NCBI RefSeq assembly: GCF_006345805.1
Contig: NC_043001.1
Span: forward strand, 97,340,001-97,404,000
DNA length: 64,000 nucleotides
Source of the DNA: Octopus sinensis
Lineage: Eukaryota
Direction of reading: 5' to 3'
Position 1 is the stretch's first letter, and every line of letters starts with the position of its first letter. The notes below the pieces were generated by a model. That model searched no databases and was not told where the DNA came from. It saw only the letters and a list, made by a program, of their open reading frames with translations. Positions 1 to 11,097 of this stretch are shown here, piece by piece. A program made the translations under genes and the position numbers.

Positions 1-628
1 TTATTATAATAAGTAACTTATAACTTAATAAATATAGTGCCATAATATACCAGTTTAGGCATTAAAGAATAGAAGGGGAAGTATTAATGTAAACGCTTAT
101 GAGAACATCATAGAAATTTTAAATAAATTTTATATTATAAAGACTTAAGATGAAAAGAGATAAAATAAATAAGAAGGAATAAAATACGAAGGAATAAATA
201 CGGTTATACACATAATTTAAGTACAAAAACCAGTATATATGTATTCATATATTATTAAAATTAAATAAAAATAAATGATAGATATGTATGTATAAAACTA
301 CCCCAGTATAAGTAAATAAGTAAAAATAAATAGGTAGCAAATTAGATGACTTGATATGTATGTAAACATCTACACTTAAATAGGCAAATAAATAAATAAA
401 TAGAAGACTAGATGCAAAAATTGATAATATTACAATAAAATGGAAAATAAATAAAAAATAATAAATAGAGTGAATATATATGTATATTGTTGAAAGTAAA
501 TATGTATGGAAGGATAGTTTAAAGTACAGATCCAGAGTATAGATATAAACTAATATATGAGGCTGGTAATAATTATAAAGCATAATGCATGTAAATGAGA
601 AAATGAAAAAAATGAAAAAGGTTTATCA
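1..628 (-). repeat. Inverted copy of the PLE 3' region (left arm of a long inverted repeat; runs off the window start)
   Basis: The reverse complement of 1-628 matches about 2583-3200 with only small indels and substitutions (e.g. aaaatttctatgatgttctcataagcgtttacatt). ORFs 245..583(-) and 2506..2832(+) share the peptide IYIHSIYYFLFIFHFIVILSIFASSLLFIY. Confidence 0.9.
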
Positions 629-2069
629 TTAGTCAGAGAATTTCTAGTTTATCCTCAAACGAGGAAATTTTTAACAAACACTGTGACAGATACAATGCAG
701 CATTGCTTAAGGCAGGATATAAAAGTAAGATTTGGTTTATACCTAAGGGGAACCCCCCTAAATGTAGTAGAACTATCAGGAACAACACAAATAGATTTAG
801 GATAATCAACAATATACATAAGAATTGTAAAAATGGAATATATGATAACACCTATAATAAATGTAGAAGTGATGTTAACCTTGGAAAGGTGAACGGTAGC
901 TCAAATAGATCTAAACATACGGGTAATAGTAGGAATATTAATAATAATATACGAATTAAAACTTATGGCAGACATGATAATGGTAAAGTTTACTTGCGCA
1001 ATAACCATGGTAATATTGATATAGATAAATATAACAATGACAGTGGTAAGAATAGTAATCCTATGAGTTGGTCTACGAATAGGATTTTTACAAATAACAT
1101 TAATTCTATAGGCAATCCTAATTCTGATAAGGATACTCTTTGGTGATTATCCATATGCAATGCAGATTAAAACAACATAGTGAGAGCTTTGCATAATGTT
1201 ATTTTTAGGCATTTTGGTAAGGATAAGAATAAATTTAGTCCTTAATTAACAACGGTACTGTTAGAGTGGGATATAGCATTACTCATAATCTAGCCACCAT
1301 TATCTCCTCTTTTAATAACAAGAAACTGGATCACTTCTATAAGGATAAATTGAATTTAGACCAGGAAAACTTGCCCCTCTTCATTAATAATAGAATAGAA
1401 ACTTTCTTGGAACAAATGGGAACAACCTCCTTACTAATAATGAGTGCACCATACCTGTCAGAGATATATAAATGAAATAGATCATACTACTACTACCAAT
1501 ACTAGTACTAGTGATAAGAATATAGCCGATAATGGGAAATTAACTCATTCGTTGTTTTGGGTTTGGATGATGATAACAATTGTAACACTTATAATGTGAA
1601 TAGTAGTATAGGGTGTTTGTCCAATTTCAGATTTCCTCATTCTGTTAATCTTTGTAATTTCAGAAATAAAAATAAATGTGTATTTGGTAATCAATGCCTC
1701 AGGAAGAGGTAGTTTACCAATGCACTGTAGATACACAATTGAGTAGTAGGTGTATATCGGGGCAACTATGAATAGCATAAAACAAAGATGGAATTATCAC
1801 AGATATACTTTTAGGAATAAAAATAGAATGTACTCTACAGGCTAAGTGCATACATTTGGGAGCTTAAAAATAAGAACTTAGATTTTAGATTAAACTGGAA
1901 AATACTAACTTCAGCACCTGTGTATAATGGAAAAAATAAAAAATGCTCTCTATGTATTAATGAAATTTTCTTCATTATTAAAGCGGGTCGGAAAATTATT
2001 AACAACATTAATGAAAAAAACTTCTTTTGTATTCATAGGCTACCGTTCACCTTTTCTAGATTCAAATAG
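629..2069 (+). pseudogene. Disrupted PLE ORF: RT thumb, linker and GIY-YIG endonuclease
   Basis: Manual translation across frameshifts: RISSLSSNEEIFNKHCDRYNAALLKAGY; INNGTVRVGYSITHNLATIISSFNNKKL; CNFRNKNKCVFGNQC (CxCx5Cx5C-like, second Cys is Phe); VVYQCTV...VYIGATMNSIKQRWNYH; LSAYIWELK...WKILTSAPVYNGKNKKCSLCINE...FCIH. Confidence 0.85.
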
Positions 2070-3793
2070 AACTTAGCACTTCCACTATTATTAATTTTTT
2101 AACTCCCTTCTTTAACTAAATATACCTGTGGTCTTCTATAATTTCTAAAGTATACAATTTATATATTTTATTTTATAATTTTATAATTTTTATAGCTACA
2201 TTTGTACAATAATTAATGGATGTGTCTAGTATTATTGGTTTCTTGTTTTTTGTATGTGGGTTTTTGTTTGTTTTTTAAGAGAATTGCAATATGACATAAA
2301 ATAACATATTCATTTTGGTACTTGCCTTGTAATGTGTGATTTTTGAAGTTTTCCAATATTGCATAGTATATTGCATAGTATATATATATATCTTGGGTAG
2401 ATACCTAGCTCTGGATAATGTAATGATATTGTATATATATAATCTGTAATATATGAGAGCCTTTTGTGAGTTTGGTGGGTTTAGGTTGAGATTATAGGTT
2501 TTTGTATGTGTTTATTTGGAAGGTTTTTATTGTATATTTGGTCTTTTTGTACTCACCTTAATTTGTATCTTATGCTATTCACTGATAAACCTTTTCATTT
2601 TTCATTTTCTCATTTACATGCATTATGCTTTATAATTATTACCAGCCTCATATATTTAGTTTATTCTATACTCTGGATCTGTACTTTAAACTATCCTTCC
2701 ATACATATTTACTTTCAACAATATAACATATATATTCACTCTATTTATTATTTTTTATTTATTTTCCATTTTATTGTAATATTATCAATTTTTGCATCTA
2801 GTCTTCTATTTATTTATTATTTGCCTATTTAAGTGTAGATGTTTACATACATATCAAGTCATCTAATTTGCTACCTATTTATTTTTTACTTATTTACTTA
2901 TACTGGGGTAGTTTTATACATACATATCTATCATTTATTTTTATTTAATTTTAATAATATATGAATACATATATACTGGTTTGTACTTATAATTATGTGT
3001 ATAACCGTATTTATTCCTTCGTATTTATTCCTTCTTATTTATTTTATCTCTTTTCATCTTAAGTCTTTATAATATAAAATTTATTTAAAATTTCTATGAT
3101 GTTCTCATAAGCGTTTACATTATACTTCCCCTTCTATTCTTAATCCTAAACTGGTATATTATGGCACTATATTTATTAAGTTAATAAGTGACTTATTTAT
3201 AATATTTAAATTAATATATATTTTATATTTTATATTTTATAATTTAGCGTACTTAAAACCATAACAAACTTACGATAAATCTAACAACCGTATGTTTACT
3301 CTGCAACAAACCGGTGTTATAAATTTTAAGTTACCCATGTAATAAGTATCTGACTTAGTAATATACTGATATTTAAAAATATATTTATATCTAAATTAAA
3401 TATTTTATGGAATGCATGGATGGTTCTTCTTTTATTATTGAGGCACAATTATAATTTTGAAGGACTAAATTGTAGCATAGTTGCTTCCCTTTTTGTTTAT
3501 CTATGTGCTAGTTGTTGCTTGTAATTATGTATGTGTATAAGTGTATGCATATACATATTACTAGGTGTGTAGTGCGATTGATCTGTAGATGCGTGTGTGA
3601 AATTGGCGTTCCCTGACTAACCAACCGTATAATTTTCTTTGTGATTTAAATTTCAAACCAATAGCCAATCGAATTAATCTATATTTTCTTTACCTAGTGG
3701 TCAGCATTTCTTAACTCATAGTTATTTGGATCTTGTAAGGATGGACTTGGTGCTAACTTAACTGTATCTATTTTTTTATTATATTGTTATTTA

Positions 3794-3840
<47 letters not shown>

Positions 3841-4191
3841 TATTATAGTAATTTTTATTAACTTTTATAGCTTTAGAATCTTATGAACTGTACCACGGAT
3901 TTTATTTTTATTTTTCTTCTCCATATATGTTAGCCTTTTTTTTTATATATATAAAAAAACTATTAGCCAAATATGTATAATATCGGTACTTATTGATATT
4001 AATATATACACTATTATATATTTTGTTTTATTTTTGTTCTGTTTACCTTCCTTTTTGTACAAATGTGTATTATATATATAAGTGTAGCTTTATGATGTAT
4101 AAGTTTTTATATTTTACATTTTTATATTTTTTATATTTATATGTATATGATTGTATATATTTTTCACTATTATAACAAATTTAATTTAATT

Positions 4192-4298
4192 CTCTGAAGA
4201 GGCCGTGGGGCATCCTTGTTAATGCCTCATTTATACCTGCCTTTATGGCTTATAGGTTAAATGAGGTATGACTGTCCTCACTGCCGAACAGCTGTCAG
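4192..4298 (+). ncRNA. Minimal type I hammerhead-like motif with long stem II (degenerate)
   Basis: CTGAAGA (4194-4200), GGC...GCC stem II base, GAAC-AGCT-GTC (GAAA lacks one A; palindromic loop III), then AG pairing with the upstream CT. Confidence 0.6.
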
Positions 4299-4654
4299 TT
4301 TTGATTTATTTGCATATTATATTTGAAAATTTTTTACTTATATCCTTTATCTTTTTACTATTACTGTATATCTCATTTCATTTTATGTATTGCTTACTCA
4401 TATGTAATGGTGTATTAAAGTATGGATGAGTATCATCGGATAGTTGATTTTTACTGATTTAAGTATATTTCTCCATCTCTAATTTGTAGTATTAATTACG
4501 GTAATATTATTACCTTTACCCATATAATGCAATAATGAACTGATTGTTTGACAATTTTTAACATCTATGTATTAATTTTGTTGGTACCTATCTAGCAGTA
4601 TATTGGATATATATTATCCATGGTGGGTTGAATTTTCAACCCCTATCTCATTTT

Positions 4655-4746
4655 ATAATATATATATATATATATATATATTCATCCATATACTTATATA
4701 TATATATATTATATATATTATATATATCTAGATATATACATATACT

Positions 4747-4801
<55 letters not shown>

Positions 4802-4864
4802 TATATAAGTATATATATTATATATATATCTATATATATAAGTATATGTATGTAATATATATAT

Positions 4865-4911
<47 letters not shown>

Positions 4912-4944
4912 GTATATATATATATATATACATATATGTAAGTA

Positions 4945-4977
<33 letters not shown>

Positions 4978-4999
4978 TATTATATATATATATATATAC
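4655..4999. repeat. (TA)n microsatellite, imperfect
   Basis: Direct reading of the sequence. Confidence 0.95.
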
Positions 5000-5468
5000 A
5001 TTGTTGTATTTAGGAATGGTCATTTTGCCAGTTTAGCCAATAAAAACACACGCACTATATAATGGTGTTACTTTGCTTCAGTGTTATTTATTTTTACATT
5101 AATCTTAATCTTATTTCGGCCAGAGTTCTTTCGTCACACTCCTGTGACCGCATCAGGGTCCTTTGTTTTCTTCTTACTTATTTGTGCCTCTCCTTACTAA
5201 CCATCACCATTTTTAAGGAGAGACACAAATACGTAAGAAGAAAACAAAGGACCACTGATGCGGTCACAGGAGTGTGACGAAAGAACTCTGGCCGAAATAA
5301 TATTAAGATTAATGTAAAAATAAATAACACTGAAGCAAATAACCCAAATATATAGTGCGTGTGTTTTTATTGGCTAAACGGGCAAAATGACCATTCCTAA
5401 ATACAACAATATCTGTTTCAACACACGACTTCACATAAAAAATCTTGCACAACAAATATTTAAACGTA
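5000..5468 (+). mobile_element. Fold-back mini element, family 1 (about 197-bp arms, 17-nt spacer, about 58-bp 3' extension), with HHR-like motif
   Basis: 5000-5196 is the inverted copy of 5214-5410. It is flanked by (TA)n on both sides, and a second family member lies at 52.4-52.9 kb. Confidence 0.8.
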
Positions 5469-5502
5469 AAAATATATATATATATATAATATAATATATA
5501 TT

Positions 5503-5553
<51 letters not shown>

Positions 5554-5569
5554 TATAGATAGATAGATA

Positions 5570-5670
5570 CATAGCGTTTTTCCGATGGCCGAATAACTGA
5601 AAGATGATGGCGTGGATTTCCCCCTCGCCATCCGAAACTCGGAGTTTTATCTTGGCTACTGAATAGTTGT
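5570..5670 (+). mobile_element. Fragment of HHR-bearing repeat family 4 (homolog of the 27.5-28.0 kb element)
   Basis: tagcgtttttccgatggccgaataactga...gaaactcggagttttatcttggctac matches 27843-27922. It lies between GATA and TA tracts. Confidence 0.8.
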
Positions 5671-5692
5671 AATATATTACATATATATAAAT

Positions 5693-5725
<33 letters not shown>

Positions 5726-5776
5726 GATATATATATATATATTGTATATATATTATAATTATATATATATATATTA

Positions 5777-5820
<44 letters not shown>

Positions 5821-5824
5821 TATA

Positions 5825-5892
<68 letters not shown>

Positions 5893-6436
5893 ATGTATAT
5901 GTATGTATATAATTATGTATGTATATATATATAGTGTAGCGGTTGGCTCTGCGCTTGGTATTGGCCCGACGCCATCAAACGATAGCATGCAGTACACTGG
6001 CACTTTGGCTTCGTACTGACTTGTGTATTTTATATGGAAATATAGCATACACAAACTAATGGCATCATTATCAAGTGTTCAAACATACTTTTACATTATA
6101 CATTTTTTATATTAACGGATTATAGCTAAGCTATAAAATAATATAAAAACATTTGATTTTAACTGTCATTTCAAAGTAAATAAGAATATTAGCCATTAGG
6201 TTATCTATAGAACATTATCATACATAGCAACTATTAGAATATCTCACTGAGAGTAGACGATTTAAATTTCATCAGACAATATTGGAATCGATTATAGATT
6301 CTAAACTGGTCAAAATAGTCAATCTATTGAAAGTACACAAAGTTAAGGAAGCATCATTTTGAAATCGCTAATAGCCTGAATAAATTTTATTCATCGGATG
6401 CTAATTTGACTCAACATTTAGTACGAAGATGCGGAA

Positions 6437-6444
<8 letters not shown>

Positions 6445-6486
<42 letters not shown>

Positions 6487-6514
6487 TTATTATTATCATT
6501 ATTATTAATATAAA

Positions 6515-6590
<76 letters not shown>

Positions 6591-6610
6591 ATTATTATTA
6601 TTATTATTAT
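6445..6610. repeat. Compound (CTA)n(TTA)n microsatellite at the 3' end of the R4/Dong copy
   Basis: Direct reading of the sequence. Confidence 0.95.
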
Positions 6611-9361
6611 CTTTTTTTTCTTCTTTCAAATTTGCTTCCATTTCTTGCCGAGTGCCGAGTGTCTTCCCGACTCCTACTCATAGTATACATTGGTAGGCCA
6701 TTAAACTAAACTCACTAGTTCGTTCATTTTTTTTTAAAGTTAAATTAAAATACATGGGTAGTAATAGTTCTCACATCGACAATGCTCTTCTCAATACGTG
6801 TGATGTACCAGTTAAGACAATATTTTGCACTTCTTGCACGGATGGTAAGCCAGGGATCATTCTCATTTCGGTTCCCTTCTTGATCATTCCTAGTGCTCCT
6901 ACGATCACTGGTATTGTAACCGCCTTGAGATGCCACATTTTCTCAATTTCAATGAGTAGGTCTTTATATTTTCTGAGCTTGTCAAACTCTTTCGCCGAGA
7001 TATTATGATCACAGGGAATGTTCATGTCGATCAATAAGCAAACTTTATTGTTTTGGTCTTTCACAACAATATCTGGTTTATTGGCCTTGATGGTTCGGTC
7101 CGTATGTATTGGAAAGTCCCACAGAATGGTTACATTTTCTCCTTCAGTTACAGCTTCAGGGTGGTGATTATACCACTTGTCGGCAGTTTTGATATTGTAA
7201 TGCCGACTTATTAGCCAGTGTAGATATTGGCCAACTCTGTCATGTCTTAATTTATACTCCACTGGTGCTAAGACTTTACATCCAGAGATTAGGTGGCCCA
7301 CTGTTTCAATCATGCCGTTACAGAATCGGCATTTTGGGTCTGCTCCATTTTTCATCACATTTGCCTGGTAGTTCCGGGTTAATAGGCTTTGATCTTGAGC
7401 AGCCAGGATGAAACGTTCGCTCTCTGCTTTTAGCCCTGAGCTCCGTAGCCACTGATGGGTTTGCTTCTGGTCAACATCAACTTGTTTGCTGCGGGCCACA
7501 TATTTGCTGTGCAGAGGTTTCTCCTCCCACCTATCAGCCAATTGCTCGTGCGCTGTTTTCGTTGCCATTATTTTCACCTTCTTTGCAACAATAATTGCCG
7601 TACTTCCCTCGGGTTGTTCAGTTTGGGTATCCTGCACGAGATCAATAGCAAATTCTTTGCTATCCTTTATGATAGAATGAAGCTTCTTTCGTCTCTCGTG
7701 ATTTTCCACGAGCTTTAGCATCCAATCATTCGTTATTTCGAGATATTTGGCCAGTCCAATTATAGTTGTTTTGTAAGCTAGTTCAAATTGGATCAGGCCT
7801 CGACCTCCTTGGGCTCTGGGAATGTAAAGGCGATCTACGTCTGCCTTTGGGTGGTGCATCCTATTACAACTCAGCAGCTTGCGTATTTTCCTATCTATAT
7901 CCTTTACTTCACTCATATTCCAGTTCAACACATTGTAGCTATAAGTAACAACTGGAACTGCTAAGTAATTTATAGCTAACACCTTGTTACGTGCATTTAG
8001 TTCAGATTTCAGGACTGCACGAACCCTCCTATAACATTCCTTCCTGATCTTCTCTCTCATGCTTGCATGCTGAATACCAGAGCCTTCACGTATCCCTAAA
8101 TATTTGTATGTTTGTTCTTGCTCAAGCTCTCTTATGACTGTCAAAATCTAACACGACTGAATTGGTGGTCTTCACTTTCCCTTTCTGGAAAGTGGCATTG
8201 GCACACTTCTCAAGCCCAAACTCCATCCCGATGTCATCGCTGATTGCTTTCACAGTGCGCAATAGGCCTTCAAGTTCATTATCGTCTTTACCATAGAGTC
8301 ATCCATATAAAATAGATGGCTTATTTTTTTATTGGCAATTTTATACCCATACCCTGTTCTGTTTAATTCACTTGTAAGGGGTATTAGGGCTATGCAGAAT
8401 ATTAAAGGTGAAAGTGAGTCACCTTGAAAAATTCCACAGTTGATGTTTATATTTTCTGAGACAAGTACTCCATTAGAGTGGTATAATTGGAGTTTCGTAT
8501 TCCACAACGTCATATTGTGCTTCAGGAAGCTTGAAATCACAGGGGAAATTTTGAAGATGTCCAGCGATCTCAAGATCCATGGATGCGGTATACTGTCGAA
8601 GGCTTTTTTATAGTCAATCCATGCGGAGCTGAGATTTCTGCGCTTGTTGTGACAGTTCTCAAGGATCATACGATTAATTAGCAGTTGATCTTTGCATCCG
8701 TATGAGCCTCGGCGGCACCCTTTTTGTTCAATGGGGAAAATATCTTCTTTTCCATGAATGCATATGTTTTCTCTGCCAGGACGGATGTTAGGATTTTATA
8801 CGTGGTGGATAGACAGGTTATAGGCCGATAGTTTTTGGAAGGTTGGTTTCGTTATTATTTGGGAGTCGGTAAGTAATACCACTTGCTAACCATTCAGGTG
8901 TTTTCTTTGGGTCTCTCATAATTCCATTGAGCAGCTGAACTAGCTTACCGTGTGCGCATGGGAGCGATGCGAGCCAGAAATTCGGCACCCTATCTTTACC
9001 GGGGGATTTCCAATTATGGGCCTTCGTGAGTGCCTTTCCTAGGTCTGCTATTATGATGTCTTCCCATGCTTGTTGTTGTAAATGTTGGTAGGATCCTTCT
9101 GTTTGTATAATCCAGTCTGCATTTATGTTGTAGGTCTTCTTGTCACTCCAAATCATTTTCCAAAAGTTTTGAACTTCTTCCATGGGAGGGGGTCTTTAAC
9201 GGTTACTTTCTCCTTCCCTATTTCTCTGTAGAATTTTTTGGCATTGGATGCGAACAGCTTATTTTGCTTGTAAAACTTGTTTCTCTTCTCAAATCTTCGT
9301 ATTGTTTGGGCTTTTGCTTGGACTTTTTGTTTCAGCGTTTCTTTTATTGATATTAGTTCTT
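6611..9361 (-). mobile_element. R4/Dong-clade non-LTR retrotransposon, copy 1 (5'-truncated, frameshifted)
   Basis: RT motifs DYKKAFDS, GIFQGDSLSP, YMDD and FGLEKC; zinc knuckle CRFC..ETVGHLISGC; RLE motif KPDIVV...LLIDMNIP. Both ends abut TAA repeats on the minus strand. Confidence 0.92.
6771..8144 (-). pseudogene. C-terminal ORF of R4/Dong copy 1 (RT thumb, CCHC knuckle, restriction-like endonuclease)
   Basis: 457-aa ORF from the track containing the CCHC and PD-x-D RLE motifs. Confidence 0.9.
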
Positions 9362-9457
9362 ATTATTATTACTATTACTATTATTATTATTTTTATTATT
9401 ATTATTATTATTATTTGTTATTATTATTATTATTATTACTATTATTATTATTTAACT

Positions 9458-9666
9458 GGCAAGATGGCAGAATCGTTAGCACGCCGGGCAAAATGTTTAG
9501 CGGCACTTCGTCAGTCCTTACTTTCTAAGTTCAAATTCAACCTAGCTGAACTTAGCCCTTCATCCTAACGGATTCGATGAGATAAGTACCAGTTGAACAC
9601 TGGAGTTAATGTAATCAGCTCATTCCCACATCCGCCCAGATGTCTGTGTGACAAAAATGTGAAATG

Positions 9667-9668
<2 letters not shown>
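9458..9668 (+). mobile_element. tRNA-derived SINE family A, diverged copy
   Basis: ggcagaatcgttagcacgccgggcaaaatg...agttcaaattc...ataagtaccagtt, homologous to the copies at 24.7, 34.8, 37.5 and 56.4 kb. Confidence 0.75.
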
Positions 9669-9711
<43 letters not shown>

Positions 9712-9723
9712 GTGATAATAATA

Positions 9724-9776
<53 letters not shown>

Positions 9777-9779
<3 letters not shown>

Positions 9780-11072
9780 GGAAAATACGCAAGCTGCTGA
9801 GTTGTAATAGGATGCACCACCCAAAGGCAGACGTAGATCGCCTTTACCTTCCCAGAGCCCAAGGAGGTCGAAGCCTGATCCAATTTGAACTAGCTTACAA
9901 AACAACCACAATTGGACTGGCCAAATATCTCGAAATATCGAATGACTGGATGCTAAAGCTCGTGGAAAATCACGAGAGACGAAAGAAGCTTCATTCTATC
10001 ATAAAGGAAAGCAAAAAATTTGCTATTGATCTCGTGCAGGATACCCAAACTGAACAACCCGAGGGAAGTACGGCAATTATTGTTGCAAAGAAGGTGAAAA
10101 TAATGGCAACGAAAAAAGCGCACGAGCAATTGGCTGATAGGTGGGAGGAGAAACCTCTGCACGGCAAATATTTGACCCGCAGCAAACAAGCTGATGTTGA
10201 CCAGAAGCAAACCCATCAGTGGCTACGGAGCTCAGGGCTAAAAGCAGAGAGCGAACGTTTCATCCTGGCTGCTCAAGATCAAAGCCTATTAACCCGGAAC
10301 TACCAGGCCAATGTGATGAAAAATGGAGCAGAACCCAAAATGCCGATTCTGCAACGACATGATTGAAACAGTGGACCACCTAATCTCTGGATGTAAAGTC
10401 TTAGCTCCAGTGGAGTATAAATTAAGACATGACAGAGTTGGCCAATATCTACACTGGCTAATAAGTCGGCATTACAATATCAAAACTGCCGACAAGTGGT
10501 ATAATCACCACCCTGAGGCTGTAACTGAAGGAGAAAATGTAACCATTCTGTGGGACTTTCCAATACATACAGACCGAACCATCAAGGCCAATAAACCAGA
10601 TATTGTTGTGAAAGACCAAAACAATAAAGTTTGCTTATTGATCGACATGAGCATCCCCTGTGATTATAATATATCAGCGAAAGAGTTTGACAAGCTCAGA
10701 AAATATAAAGACCTACTCATTGAAATTGAGAAAATGTGGCATCTCAAGGCGGTTACAATACCAGTGATCGTAGGAGCACTAGGAATGATCAAGAAGGGAA
10801 CCGAACATTATATGAGAATGATCCCTGGCTTACCATCCGTGCAAGAAGTGCAAAAGATTGTCTTAACTGGTACATCACACGTATTGAGAAGAGCATTGTC
10901 GATGTGAGAACTGTTGCTGCTCATGTATTTTAATTTAACTTAAAAAAAAAAATGAACGAACTATTGAGTTTGGTTTAATGGCCTACCAATGTATACTATG
11001 AGTTTCTTTGCCCTAGGAGTCGGAAAGAAACTCGGCAAGAAATGGAAGCAAATTTGAAAGAAGAAAAAAGAG
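9777..11072 (+). mobile_element. R4/Dong copy 2 (same subfamily as copy 1, 5'-truncated, opposite orientation)
   Basis: ORFs 9812..10366 and 10323..10907 are nearly identical to the copy 1 protein. Same 3' UTR; TAA tracts on both flanks. Confidence 0.92.
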
Positions 11073-11097
11073 TAATAATAATAATAATAATAATAAT

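Larger units (their letters stand above)
629..4650 (+). mobile_element. 5'-truncated Penelope-like retroelement (Naiad-type), with about 2.5 kb AT-rich 3' region ending at a (TA)n tract
   Basis: RT C-terminal/thumb remnant, GIY-YIG endonuclease remnant, downstream HHR motif and an inverted 5' arm, all typical of PLEs. The 3' boundary is approximate. Confidence 0.8.

Noticed and set aside
1144-1146. In-frame TGA in the Naiad-type ORF as possible selenocysteine (some Naiads encode selenoproteins)
   Set aside because: The TGA falls at a non-Cys position where the frame shifts, and I found no SECIS-like AUGA..AA..GA hairpin downstream, including in the HHR stem II.
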